Source: an uncultured Verrucomicrobiota bacterium (GTDB taxonomy: Bacteria > Verrucomicrobiota > Verrucomicrobiia > Palsa-1439 > CAZOTB01). Taken from it: a stretch of 64,000 nt of DNA. The DNA lies in NCBI GenBank assembly GCA_964582645.1, contig CAZOTB010000006.1, positions 1,972 to 65,971 of the forward strand, given 5' to 3'. The position numbers and the translations under genes were made by a program. Numbering within the stretch: position 1 is the stretch's first letter; each line of letters starts with the position of its first letter. The notes beneath the pieces are model-generated. The model made no database searches, was not told where the DNA came from, and saw nothing but the letters and a program-made list of their open reading frames with translations. This document shows, piece by piece, positions 54,862 to 64,000 of this stretch.

Positions 54862-56400
54862 ATGACACCGACTCGACTCCTGCCGGATCTGTTCCTGTTT
54901 CGCGATCGCTGCAATGTCTATGTCGTGCGCGACGGCGACGAAGCGATTGCGATTGATTTCGGCTCGGGGAAATGGATTCGAGCGCTGCCAAAACTCGGGA
55001 TTCACAGGCTGAAGCACGTGTTCCTGACGCATCATCATGTGGACCAAAGCGCGGGGCTCTTGGCGCGAAAGAATTGGCCGTTCACCATCCACGCGCCAGC
55101 GGGTGAAGATCCGTTTCTCTCGCCGGATGGCGTCCGCAAGTTTTGGGAAGCGCGCAAGCAGAGCGGGCCTTGCCCGCCGAGCTACTCCGTACTCCCGCGC
55201 GGCATCCCCGGTATTCGCCACGACATGACGGGATTCTCGGACGTGTTTTGCGGTAACCGACGCATCCGATTCATCCACACTCCCGGCCATGGACCCAATG
55301 CGGTTTCCGTCATCGTCACGCTCCACGGCAAACAGATCGTGCTCTGTGGCGACGCCGCCCATACCGGCGCCACAATCTGGCAACCCCATCATCTCGAATG
55401 GGATCATTGGACGGGGGCCGGCGCGCTCGCAGCGTGGGAGGGAATTCAGCGGCTGACCAATCTGGGCATGAACATGCTCTGCCCATCGCATGGGTCGGTG
55501 ATTCAGCATCGCCCTCGTCAGATGCTGACGAAACTCGCCGGCAAGCTCCTCGAATTCTATCAGGTCAAAGGTCACATCTGCCCAGGCGAACGCGACTACT
55601 ACCTCACGCCCGAGTTTCTCAAGTGCGGCGCGCGACGGATTCTGCCTCATCTTTACCAATTCGGCTGCAACAGCTACTTGTTGCGTTCCGATCGCGGCGA
55701 GGCGCTGGTGGTGGACCCGTATTCGGCTGACTTCGCGCAGGTGAGACCGTTGCTGTCGGAATTGGGCGATCCCAAGGTCACGGTTGCCACCGCGACGCAC
55801 TATCATTCCGATCACAGCGATGGCCTGCCGCTCGCACGGCAGGAATACGGCGCGAAAATCTGGCTCCATCCGTGGGTCGCAGCGCCACTCTACAGGCCGG
55901 ACAGTTCACGCTTTCTCTGGCTTCCCAAGGAGCCCATCCGCGCCGGCGCGCTCTGGCCGGAACGCTGTGTCTGGCGCTGGAACGAATACGAGTTCCGCAT
56001 AGCACCGTTCCCGGGTCAGACATGGTGGCACTGCGCGTTCATGACGAACGTGGACGGCAAGCGCGTGTTGTTCGGTGGCGACAACTTCCAGCCCGCGTCG
56101 CGATGGAATGCCACGGGCGGTTTCTGCGCGGCCAACGGCAGTCGCTTCGAGGGATTCGTCCGGAGCGCCCGCCTCGTGTTGGATTGGAAACCGCACATCC
56201 TCGTTTGCGGCCACGGCACCTACTACGAGTTTCGCGCGAGCCAGTTCCGCAAGATCATCGCCTGGGCCCGACGCGCCGAGGCCGCCACAAAAGCCTTGTG
56301 TCCGTCGGGGGACTTGGAGAATGATTACTACCTCCACCACCCCGGCGACGCATGCAGACTGAGCCCCAATCGTCCGCGCCGAAAATCCTCGAGGACCTGA
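54862..56400 (+). CDS. Tandem metallo-beta-lactamase-fold hydrolase (two MBL domains)
   Basis: HHHVDQ motif in the first domain and THYHSDH in the second. The minus-strand ORF 54760..55869 is its antisense. Confidence 0.75.
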   Translation: MTPTRLLPDLFLFRDRCNVYVVRDGDEAIAIDFGSGKWIRALPKLGIHRLKHVFLTHHHVDQSAGLLARKNWPFTIHAPAGEDPFLSPDGVRKFWEARKQSGPCPPSYSVLPRGIPGIRHDMTGFSDVFCGNRRIRFIHTPGHGPNAVSVIVTLHGKQIVLCGDAAHTGATIWQPHHLEWDHWTGAGALAAWEGIQRLTNLGMNMLCPSHGSVIQHRPRQMLTKLAGKLLEFYQVKGHICPGERDYYLTPEFLKCGARRILPHLYQFGCNSYLLRSDRGEALVVDPYSADFAQVRPLLSELGDPKVTVATATHYHSDHSDGLPLARQEYGAKIWLHPWVAAPLYRPDSSRFLWLPKEPIRAGALWPERCVWRWNEYEFRIAPFPGQTWWHCAFMTNVDGKRVLFGGDNFQPASRWNATGGFCAANGSRFEGFVRSARLVLDWKPHILVCGHGTYYEFRASQFRKIIAWARRAEAATKALCPSGDLENDYYLHHPGDACRLSPNRPRRKSSRT

Positions 56401-56720
56401 TCCGCCAGGCGGAGAGCGCGGGCGCGAGCGACATCCATCTTCAGATGCTCTCAGGCGAGCCACTGCCGGCGCTTTCAAGCCAACCACTAGCGCGCCGTAG
56501 CCATGGAGATAGTAGATCGAGAGATGGAAGTTCTCGCCGCGGGCGAAAGGAAGGCCTTCAAACCAGGACAACAGGAGTACCCCATCCGCTCCGAGGCGGC
56601 CGTCAACCTTCCCCAAGGAAAGTTCGTGCTGAACCTCGACAACAAAAGCATCCGACTGGAGTGGAGACTGGCCAACGCAGACCAAGGAGGGCCGGTAGCA
56701 CGTGAAGCGGTCCTGCAATA
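56340..56720 (+). pseudogene. Possible frameshifted N-terminal remnant of a PilT/GspE-type secretion ATPase
   Basis: ILEDLIRQAESAGASDIHLQ resembles the ...GASD[IL]HL... N-terminal motif of PilT/GspE. The following segment (IVDREMEVL..., VLNLDNK) is in another frame, and no Walker-A domain follows. Confidence 0.25.
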
Positions 56721-56750
56721 AGCACTCGAACGAAGCTCCGAGCCTGGACG

Positions 56751-57185
56751 TTGATCCTGTGCCTGATCTACATCGGTCTGCTCGCGGTCTTGCTGGCGCT
56801 TGGGTTTTCCTCCCTGATCCGCTGCGAGGAGAACCACCGCAATCTCAGGCGCAACGCCAACGACATCGAACGAACCTTGAAGGCCGGCGAACGCGGGCGG
56901 GCAGATGTGCGCGACGCCGTCGCAGCTCCAGAGCCTTCCGCCGATGGCCGCGTATTGCGGACTCCCCAGCGATCCGGCGAGGTGACGTCTCACTTCGACG
57001 GCAACACCGTCTGGCGCGATTCCGACGATCGCCACATCACGTTCCTGAAATCGGTGAAGAGTTCACAAATGTTTTCCGCCCCGCGCGAGCACGTCCATGC
57101 ATGGCGATGGGAAGTCGAATTGGCCAGTCCGCAGAAGATCGTGCGCGTGCGCCCGTTGTTCACCTTCCAGGCGGTGCCCAGGTGA
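56751..57185 (+). CDS. hypothetical single-TM protein (TTG start)
   Basis: LILCLIYIGLLAVLLALGFSSLIR TM helix followed by an about 110-aa soluble domain. Start codon uncertain. Confidence 0.35.
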   Translation: MILCLIYIGLLAVLLALGFSSLIRCEENHRNLRRNANDIERTLKAGERGRADVRDAVAAPEPSADGRVLRTPQRSGEVTSHFDGNTVWRDSDDRHITFLKSVKSSQMFSAPREHVHAWRWEVELASPQKIVRVRPLFTFQAVPR

Positions 57186-57379
57186 AACGGAAGTGAACTC
57201 AAGGCTCAGCGCTCATGGTCGTGATCGTCGTGCTGGCGATTGTCACGATGTATGCAGTCACCCACACCGCTGTGCTGCACCATCTGCGAGCGGAACTTCG
57301 ACTGATCGAGACGGAGCAGGTCAAGAAGCTGGACCGTCCGTAAGCTACGAGGCGTCACCTTTGCCGCGAAAGCACTTTA

Positions 57380-57413
57380 CCAAAAAAGTGGCTCACGTGA
57401 GCCACTTTTTTGG
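57380..57413. terminator. Perfect 34-bp palindrome ccaaaaaagtggctcacgtgagccacttttttgg; bidirectional intrinsic-terminator-like hairpin
   Basis: GC-rich 7-bp stem gtggctc/gagccac with loop acgt, flanked by A6 and T6 symmetric on both strands. About 55 bp downstream of the small basic ORF. Confidence 0.6.
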
Positions 57414-57466
57414 TAAAGTGGAACACGTGACAAGCGCGGGACAACAGCGTGCGCGGTGGGTTTGGA

Positions 57467-57637
57467 TCAACGCGAAGGGCGCGGGGAACGTGCGGCGCGC
57501 TTGCGCCACGAATCGCTCTCGGAGAGTTCGTCGGCGCGCCAGGTCAAATCCATACGGGCGGCACGACGCGGCTTTTGGGCCGCCCATGAGACACCCATCT
57601 CGGTTTCTTTGGCTTTTTTTGCGCCGCCCTTTTTCAT
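57467..57637 (-). CDS. Candidate small, highly basic protein (56 aa) with a strong Shine-Dalgarno
   Basis: cagGGAGGgaacgATG followed by MKKGGAKKAKETEMGVSWAAQKPRRAARMDLTWRADELSESDSWRKRAARSPRPSR, then the palindromic terminator. Confidence 0.3.
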   Translation of the reverse strand: MKKGGAKKAKETEMGVSWAAQKPRRAARMDLTWRADELSESDSWRKRAARSPRPSR

Positions 57638-57749
57638 CGTTCCCTCCCTGAGAACAGACACCGCCCTGGTGGAAGCGTTCGATTTCAATGCAGTTTCGAG
57701 GCCATTCTCTGCCGTGCTCCTGAGACCGCACAAATACAACCGCCTGCCG

Positions 57750-59030
57750 CTACAGGATCGGGTTTCCTCGGAAAAACGCGCCTCGCGTGAGGACCTCGAA
57801 GCGCAGGTGGGTCGCGGACAACAACGCCACGAGGAATTCCCCGGAGGTGGAATGCCGTGACGCTTTGGGAGCATCGAGTAAGAGGAAGTTTGCTTCCTTG
57901 CCAACGTCGAGATTCCCGCAACAAGTGCCGGAGCCCAGCGCCTCCGCTCCGGCCAGCGTGGCCCGGTAGAATGCAGCAACGGGGGTGAATGGCAACCCGG
58001 CCTCGGCATGCACGCGCAGGAAGGTTTTCATCACGTGCAACATGCTCAAGCTCGGCCCCGCGGCGATGTCACTCGCGAGCGCCCAGCGGATACCGGCCTT
58101 GCGGATTCGCTCGATCGGCATGCGACCGCTTCCGAGCGCTTCGTTGGAAGTGGGACAGTGCGCCACGACCGCATCGGCGGCTTTGAGCATCGCGAGTTCG
58201 TCGTCGTCGAGGTAGATGCAATGAGCGAGGATCGTCCGCGGGCCGAGTAACCCGGCACGGTGATAGACCTCGGTGTAACTGTGGCAATCCGGGAAGAGTT
58301 TGTGCACCCACGCGATCTCCTCAAGGTTTTCGGCGAGGTGGGTTTGAACAAAACAACCGTGTTGTTTCGCGATTTCGCTCGCCCGTTTCATCAGCGCCAT
58401 CGAACAGGTCGGCGCGAACCGGGGGGAGACGGCGTATTGTAGCGGCGGACGTTGACCGCGGGTGGTCCCTCCACCGCCGCCCTCCACGCGGGCGGCTGCA
58501 GCCCGCTCCGTAATCGCCATCGCTTCGTCCTCGGTTTGGGTCAGTTCCCTGGGTGCGTTCTCCGTCATCATCACGTTGCCGACAACAAAATGCCCAAACG
58601 GAGGCGTGAAGGCTTCCAGGGCGGTCTCGTGGATGGAGGAATAAACGGCCCCGACCATTGTCCCGCTGCGCGCAAGATCGGTGAAGCACTGGACCGCGGC
58701 GTCCCGCGCATAGGCTGCATCCGCAAATCGGGTTTCCTCGGGCCAGACATGCTCGTTCAACCACGGCAGCAGACCCTGTCCTGTGGCGGTGCCTTTGACT
58801 CGGTTCTGAACCCAGTGAAAGTGCACGTCGGTGAATGCCGGCAGGATCAGCGGCGCAGGGTTCGATTCCACAATTTCGAGCGCGCCCTTGCCGAATCGTT
58901 TCGTCACCGCCTCGGTCGAGCCGATGGCACCGACCTGCCCGGCGTCATTCACCACGAGCAGACCGTCGGCGTAGAGCGCGCAATGGCTCTCGCTCCGCGG
59001 ATTCAGGATTGTACCTCGATAGGCGCGCAT
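57750..59030 (-). CDS. Amidohydrolase-superfamily deaminase (guanine deaminase / chlorohydrolase-like)
   Basis: HFHWVQ metal-binding motif, QTHLAEN and AHC motifs. Start set at MRAYRGTILNP (59030). The track's longer N-terminal extension is antisense to the small gene at 59121..59405. Confidence 0.8.
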   Translation of the reverse strand: MRAYRGTILNPRSESHCALYADGLLVVNDAGQVGAIGSTEAVTKRFGKGALEIVESNPAPLILPAFTDVHFHWVQNRVKGTATGQGLLPWLNEHVWPEETRFADAAYARDAAVQCFTDLARSGTMVGAVYSSIHETALEAFTPPFGHFVVGNVMMTENAPRELTQTEDEAMAITERAAAARVEGGGGGTTRGQRPPLQYAVSPRFAPTCSMALMKRASEIAKQHGCFVQTHLAENLEEIAWVHKLFPDCHSYTEVYHRAGLLGPRTILAHCIYLDDDELAMLKAADAVVAHCPTSNEALGSGRMPIERIRKAGIRWALASDIAAGPSLSMLHVMKTFLRVHAEAGLPFTPVAAFYRATLAGAEALGSGTCCGNLDVGKEANFLLLDAPKASRHSTSGEFLVALLSATHLRFEVLTRGAFFRGNPIL

Positions 59031-59120
59031 GAGAGGGCACTGTATGGGGTCGAGAGTGGGTAGTCGAGGATGGAGCGCGAAGACTTTTGCTTTCAGGGAA
59101 CGGTTTGCTAGACTTCCAGC

Positions 59121-59405
59121 ATGGCAATGAAATCCGCATACGAACTGGCGCTCGAACGCATGGGCAAAGGCGCCTCGACGCCCAAGTTGACGGAGGAACA
59201 GAAGAAGCAACTCGCCGAGTTGGACAGCCGTTACAAGGCGAAGATCGCCGAGACGGAACTGCGGCTGAAGCCCAAAATCCAGGAGGCATCTTTTGCCGGC
59301 AACGAAGAAGAGGCCGACAAGCTCCGTGCTCAACTCGCGAAAGATCTCCAGTCGCTCCGCGAGGAACTCGAGGCGAAGAAGGAGAAAGTGAGGAAGAGTG
59401 GTTAA
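59121..59405 (+). CDS. hypothetical small coiled-coil protein (94 aa)
   Basis: Lys/Glu-rich heptad-like sequence. Weak RBS. Confidence 0.4.
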   Translation: MAMKSAYELALERMGKGASTPKLTEEQKKQLAELDSRYKAKIAETELRLKPKIQEASFAGNEEEADKLRAQLAKDLQSLREELEAKKEKVRKSG

Positions 59406-59440
59406 GTGCCCACGTGCCCAAGAGTCTGAGTTTAGAAAAA

Positions 59441-59513
59441 GCACTCAAGCACTCAGGCACTTGGACACTCAGGCACTTAGACACTGAGCCACTTAGTCAC
59501 TCAGGCACTCTAT
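59441..59513. repeat. 16-bp tandem repeat, about 4.6 copies (CACTCAGGCACTTRGA)
   Basis: Units at 59450, 59466, 59482 and 59498. The last unit overlaps the ATG of the HAD gene. Confidence 0.85.
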
Positions 59514-60279
59514 GCTTGCCCGCTCCTGGCTCATGGACCTTGATGGGGTCGTGTATCGCGGCAGCCAACCGGTCCGCGGCGCGGCGGAGTTCATTCGCTG
59601 GCTGATCGAAACGAACCAGCCGTTTCTGTTTCTGACCAACCACGCTGCGCGCACGCCGGAGAGTTTCGCTCAGAAGCTGCAGGGCATGGGCATTCCCGCC
59701 GAACCACGACACATCCTGTCGTCCGCCATGGTGACGGCGATGTTCCTCCAGCGCGAACGCCCGGGCAAGACCGTGTTCCTGATTGGCGAAGAAGGTCTGC
59801 GTCACGCGTTGGCGGGGGCCGGCGTGCAAATTGTGGAGCATCAGCCCGACCTCGTCGTGGTCGGGCTCGATCGCGGCATCCACTACGACCTGCTGGTGCG
59901 CGCGTCGCGATTCATTCTGGGCGGCGCCGAGTTCATCGGCACGAACGGCGACGGGTCGTATCCACTGGAGGACGGCCCCGCGCCGGAGTGCGGGGCGTTG
60001 CTGGCAGCCATCCAGGCGGCCACGGGAAAGACGCCACTCGTGATGGGAAAACCGGAAAGGTTCATGTACGAGGAAGGATTGCGGACGCTGGGCGCGACGA
60101 AGGAGCACGCGATCATGGTTGGCGACCGGCTCGATACCGACATCGCAGGTGCCAAACGGCTGGGAATTCGCAGCGTGCTTGTTCTCTCGGGAGCCACCAG
60201 CCGGTCCGAGGCGGATGCTTCGCCCACCAAGCCGGACGTCATCGTCCCCGATCTCGCTGCGTGTCGGGACTCGCATTGA
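59512..60279 (+). CDS. HAD-superfamily subfamily IIA hydrolase (NagD-like sugar phosphatase)
   Basis: Motif I DLDGVVY and a HAD-IIA-like C-terminal cap arrangement. Confidence 0.85.
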   Translation: MLARSWLMDLDGVVYRGSQPVRGAAEFIRWLIETNQPFLFLTNHAARTPESFAQKLQGMGIPAEPRHILSSAMVTAMFLQRERPGKTVFLIGEEGLRHALAGAGVQIVEHQPDLVVVGLDRGIHYDLLVRASRFILGGAEFIGTNGDGSYPLEDGPAPECGALLAAIQAATGKTPLVMGKPERFMYEEGLRTLGATKEHAIMVGDRLDTDIAGAKRLGIRSVLVLSGATSRSEADASPTKPDVIVPDLAACRDSH

Positions 60280-60368
60280 AACCAGCGGACGCAAGCTGGC
60301 TCGGACATCTTTTCTCTTGTTGAAACTCCCGCCCAAACTTATACGATACGTGGCGCACGAGGAAACCC

Positions 60369-60608
60369 ATGGCTGAAATCGCAAACAAATACAAAGAAAA
60401 CGTGGTGGGCAAATTCTACGTGGACACGAATTGCATTGATTGCGATCTGTGCCGCGAAACGGCACCCGCCAACTTCACCCGCAACGAAGACGGGGGCTAT
60501 TCCTACGTCTATAAGCAGCCCACCACGCCCGAGGAAGAGGCGCTCTGCAAGGAAGCCAAGGAAGGCTGCCCCGTCGAGGCCATTGGGGACGACGGCGACA
60601 AGTCGTAG
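60369..60608 (+). CDS. Single-cluster [3Fe-4S]/[4Fe-4S] ferredoxin
   Basis: CIDCDLC...CP cysteine pattern, 79 aa. Confidence 0.85.
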   Translation: MAEIANKYKENVVGKFYVDTNCIDCDLCRETAPANFTRNEDGGYSYVYKQPTTPEEEALCKEAKEGCPVEAIGDDGDKS

Positions 60609-60641
60609 TGCATCGTCCCCCCGCCGCTGCGGGGCTGTTTT

Positions 60642-61082
60642 ATGCCTGGCCACACGGTTGAAACCTCCGCCAGCGTCGAGGATTACCTCGAACGCATCCA
60701 TGAGTTGATCGAGGAGAAGGGTTCCGCCCGCGTGGTGGACATCGCTTCTTCGCTCGAAATCGCCAAGGCATCCGTCACGCGCATGGTGCAGAAGTTGGAT
60801 GAGAAAGGACTCGTCGTGTACGAGCGGTACGGGGCGCTGGGACTCACGCCGAAAGGCCGGCAGGTCGCGCGCGCCATTCAGCATCGGCACAGCGTGCTGA
60901 CCGAGTTTTTCCGCAAACTCGGCGTGGATGAAGCCACACTCCAGAAGGACGTCGAGGGGATTGAACACCATCTCAGCCCGACCACGTTCACCTGCCTGCA
61001 AGACCTGGTGCAGTTCCTCACGGAGCACCCCAAACTGTTGAACGAGTTCGTGGCGTACCGCAGCGGGACAGCGAAGAAGTGA
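60642..61082 (+). CDS. DtxR/MntR-family metal-dependent transcriptional repressor
   Basis: N-terminal winged HTH (SVEDYLERIHELIEEKGSARVVDIASSLEIAKASVTRMVQKL) and a dimerisation/metal-binding domain. Confidence 0.85.
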   Translation: MPGHTVETSASVEDYLERIHELIEEKGSARVVDIASSLEIAKASVTRMVQKLDEKGLVVYERYGALGLTPKGRQVARAIQHRHSVLTEFFRKLGVDEATLQKDVEGIEHHLSPTTFTCLQDLVQFLTEHPKLLNEFVAYRSGTAKK

Positions 61083-61113
61083 ACGATTGGTCCCCTGCCG
61101 AGACATCCCCGGC

Positions 61114-61833
61114 ATGATGCTCATCGCACATCGTGGCGCCTCCGGCACGGCGCCGGAGAATACGCTGGCGGCGTTTCGTCAGGCCATCAAAGTCGGCGCT
61201 CTCTGGCTTGAGATGGACGTGTGCTCGTCGCGTGATGGCGAGATTGTGGTGATCCATGACGATACACTGGAACGCACCACGAACGGGCGGGGACGGGTGC
61301 GCGATTGTTCGCTGGCGGAACTGAAGCGGCTCGATGCGGGTTCCTGGTTTCACAAGCGTTTCAAGGCGGAACGAATCCCCACGCTTCGTGAGGCGCTGCT
61401 GCTGGCGAGACGAAGTGGAGTTGGACTGTTGATCGAGATGAAGCCGGGCACTTACCTCGACGGCAGGTTCGAGCGCGATTTGGTGCGATTGCTGGAGCGG
61501 GAGCGGATGATCGGAAAGGCGTTCGTCATGTCCTTCAACCATTCCGCCGTGGGACGAGTCAAGCGGATCGAACCCCGAATCAAGACGCTGCTGCTCGTCG
61601 CAAGACGTACTGCACTTTCGAGATTGCTGAGGCAGATCAGGACGCACCGCGCCGACGGTCTTTCCGTAGCCGCCCGGCTGGCGGATAAGACCCTCGCGAA
61701 TAGTCTTCACGTCCACGGCAAGCTGTTGATCACCTGGACCGTGAACTCCCTGCGCGAGGCGAAACGGCTCACCGCGGCGGGTGTGGATGGACTTACGACG
61801 GATTGGCCGGAGCGGTTGGGAGGTCGTGGTTGA
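61114..61833 (+). CDS. Glycerophosphodiester phosphodiesterase (GDPD/UgpQ family)
   Basis: IAHRGASGTAPENTLAAF catalytic-His motif. Start chosen at MMLIAHRG; an alternative ATG lies at 61087. Confidence 0.85.
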   Translation: MMLIAHRGASGTAPENTLAAFRQAIKVGALWLEMDVCSSRDGEIVVIHDDTLERTTNGRGRVRDCSLAELKRLDAGSWFHKRFKAERIPTLREALLLARRSGVGLLIEMKPGTYLDGRFERDLVRLLERERMIGKAFVMSFNHSAVGRVKRIEPRIKTLLLVARRTALSRLLRQIRTHRADGLSVAARLADKTLANSLHVHGKLLITWTVNSLREAKRLTAAGVDGLTTDWPERLGGRG

Positions 61834-61947
61834 GTCACGCTCGGCGTTCGGCGAACGCCTCCGACAGCAGACCGCACTGCTGCACCGACCAAATTGATGT
61901 TTCCTTCTTCTCTCGCCCTCGCTAGAATTGCGCCCGCGTCGGCACTA

Positions 61948-64000
61948 TGAAGCAGTCCACGGAACGCAGATCAATCCTCGTCGGATTCGCGGTGGCCGTC
62001 GGCATTCTCGCGGCCATCGGACTGGTTGCGTATTACCAGATTCACGATCTCATTGAGACCAGCCAGTGGGTGGCGCGGACGCACGCGGAAGCGGAGAAAC
62101 TCGAGGCCATTCTCGCCCACCTTGCCAGGGCGGAACTGGGACGCCGGGGGTACATCATCTCAGGACAATCCCGCTACCTCGAACGCTACCAGGAAGCGGC
62201 GACAGCGACGACCAGGGACCTCGACGCCTTGGAGCAATTCACCCGGGCGAATCCATCCCAGCAACGCCGGTTGCAAACGCTGCGTCCGTTGATCGCGGAA
62301 CGATTCAGCCTGCTCGAGCGCTCGATCGAGTTGCGCAAGAGCGGCGACGTGAGCGGGGCAACGAGGCTGTTTCTCGCAGGTAAGGACGACGCCGTCACCG
62401 AGGAGATCCGCAACCTGATCACCCTGATGATCACGGTTCAGGAATCCTTGCTCGCCGATCGCAACGCCCGGGCCACGGCGAGTTCGCGTCGAACATTCCT
62501 GCTCTTGTTGGTCGGATCACTGACCGCGTACGCCCTGCTGACGATCGTGTTCAGTCGCCTCGAACGGGCGGTGGTGGTTCGCCAGAAATCGGAGGAGGAA
62601 CTGCGGCGGGTGCAGGAGCAACTCGAACAGCGCGTCGCCGCGCGTACCGCCGACCTGGCCAGGGCAAACCGCGAACTGGAGCAGAAGATCGCCGAACAGT
62701 CGCGTGCCGAGCAGTTGCTGCGGGAAAGCCAGTCGTTGTTCACGACCCTGGCGAGCGTCTCGCCGGTCGGGATTTTTCGCGCCGATGCGGAAGCCCGATG
62801 CACGTACGTCAACACGCGGCTCTGTCAGATTGCGGGCCGGCCTGCCGAGAGCCTGCTGGGGGAAGGTTGGCGCGACGCCGTGCATCCGGACGACCGCGAA
62901 CGTGTGACCACCGACTGGCCGCACGCCACCTATTCGTTCCAGCGGTTCGAGACGGAAATGCGATTGCAGCGTCCCGATGGAAAGGTCGTGTGGGTACTGT
63001 GCCAGTCGGTCGCCGACCGGGACGAACATGGCACGTTGCTTGGCCACATCGGCACGGTGACCGACGTCACCGCTCGCGTGCAGATTGAAGAGTCCATGCA
63101 TCAATCCCGGCAGTTGTTGCAGGCGACGATTGACGCGTTGTCGGCACACGTGGCGATTCTCGACGACCACGGCACCATCCTCGCCGTGAACCGGGCATGG
63201 CGTGACTTTGGCGCGCGGAACAATTTCCGGGACAAGAACCACGGCGTGGGCATGAACTATCTCCGCGTATGCGACGCTGCGGAAAACACCGGCGACCGGG
63301 ATGCCGCGCAGATCGCCCATGGCATCCGGGACGTGATCAACGGGATGCGCACCGAGTTTCGACATGAGTATCCCTGCCACAGCCCTACCGACACACGTTG
63401 GTTTCAGGCGCGCGTGACCCGGCTCGAGAAGCACAAGCCCGTACGTCTGGCCGTGGCGCATGAAGATGTAACGGAAATCAAGCGCGCGGAACACTCGCTC
63501 CGCCAACTCTCGGGGCGACTGCTGAAGTTGCAGGACGACGAGCGCCGTCACATCGCCCGCGAACTGCACGATGTGACGGGCCAGAATCTGTCGGCCGCAG
63601 CCTTGAACCTGGGCCGGCTTCAGAAGCTTGACCCCGGGCTCGATGAGAGGGGGCGCCAATTGCTGGCCGAGGCGTTGGCGTTGACCGAGCAGGCGCTCCA
63701 GGAGATCCGCACCATGTCCTACCTGTTGCACCCGCCGTTCCTCGACGAGGCCGGGCTCGTGGACGCGTTGAGCTGGTACGTGGAAGGTTTCGCCAAACGC
63801 AGCGGGATTCATGTTGACCTGGTGTCGTTGCCGGGTCTGGGCCGGCTGCCCGCCGAGGTGGAAACGGCGTTATTCCGCGTGGTGCAGGAGAGTCTGTCCA
63901 ATATCCACCGCCACAGCGGCAGCAAGACGGCGGCGATTCAGGTGGCGCGCGACAACGGCATGGTCCGGCTCGAAGTGCGCGACACGGGCGGCGTGACGAT
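61948..64000 (+). CDS. CHASE3-PAS-PAS sensor histidine kinase with a HisKA_3 (NarX/DegS-type) kinase core, 3'-partial (runs off window)
   Basis: Manual translation from ATG 61948: MKQSTERRSILVGFAVAVGILAAIGLVAYYQ... (TM plus CHASE3), a second TM, PAS regions, the H-box DDERRHIARELHDVTGQNL, then the start of an ATPase domain. There is no stop before 64000, so it is absent from the ORF track. The minus-strand ORF 62517..63812 is its antisense. Confidence 0.85.

Noticed and set aside
54760-55869. 369-aa minus-strand ORF
   Set aside because: Antisense of the tandem MBL hydrolase gene.
57097-57651. 184-aa plus-strand ORF (Arg-rich) and 57393..57731 (-) / 57456..57860 (+)
   Set aside because: There are no motifs, and the sequences are junk-like Arg/Ser/Pro-rich. 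The region is better explained by the palindromic terminator and the short basic ORF 57467..57637.
59030-59444. N-terminal 138-codon extension of the amidohydrolase ORF as given in the track (start 59444)
   Set aside because: The extension is antisense to a plausible small coiled-coil gene (59121..59405) and lacks amidohydrolase homology. The conserved fold begins at MRAYRG (59030).
59441-59520. Sigma54 (-24 GGCAC / -12 TTGC) promoter within the 16-bp repeat
   Set aside because: The GG-to-GC spacing is 14 rather than the canonical 12 nt.
61861-61947. Sigma70-like promoter TTGATG ... TAGAAT upstream of the histidine kinase
   Set aside because: The spacer is about 23 nt, too long for a functional -35/-10 pair.
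62517-63812. 431-aa minus-strand ORF (and 62438..62815)
   Set aside because: Antisense of the CHASE3 histidine kinase, which has clear domain signatures on the plus strand.

Overview
The window is a high-GC (about 62-66%) chromosomal segment of a Planctomycetes/Verrucomicrobia-type bacterium. The assignment rests on two prepilin-type DUF1559 (H-X9-DG) proteins and two PEP-CTERM proteins. Most of it is a co-directional minus-strand array of host-glycan utilisation genes: a BNR/Asp-box sialidase-like protein, a GH95-like fucosidase, a GH29-like fucosidase, a DUF4838-like hydrolase, an FGE-sulfatase (SUMF1) family protein and a LamG lectin. Three paralogous GntR-HTH/LacI-type sugar regulators are present. 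A tightly coupled plus-strand operon encodes a PhyH dioxygenase, a DapA/NanA-family lyase and two URO-D-like proteins. A MoxR-DUF58 operon is interrupted by a 'four helix bundle' (23S rRNA IVS-type) gene flanked by inverted heptamer repeats. An ~8.8-kb lower-GC island (about 27.7-36.5 kb) carries an IS630 element and duplicated secreted Cys-rich/HEAT-repeat gene cassettes that resemble orphan polymorphic-toxin modules. Downstream are a 1236-aa membrane coiled-coil protein, ptb, tRNA-Arg(CCG), moaE/moaD, hpt, asnB, an AraC regulator divergent from a PhyH oxygenase, a tandem MBL hydrolase, an amidohydrolase, HAD, ferredoxin, DtxR and GDPD genes, and a CHASE3 histidine kinase that runs off the window end and is absent from the ORF track. 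Several structured repeat families occur: a 70-bp hairpin element in three copies, a 30-bp perfect inverted repeat, CCTCTAT heptamer repeats at gene starts, 21-bp and 16-bp tandem arrays, and a G10 tract inside a promoter spacer. Many long ORFs in the track are antisense artefacts of the high-GC coding regions.
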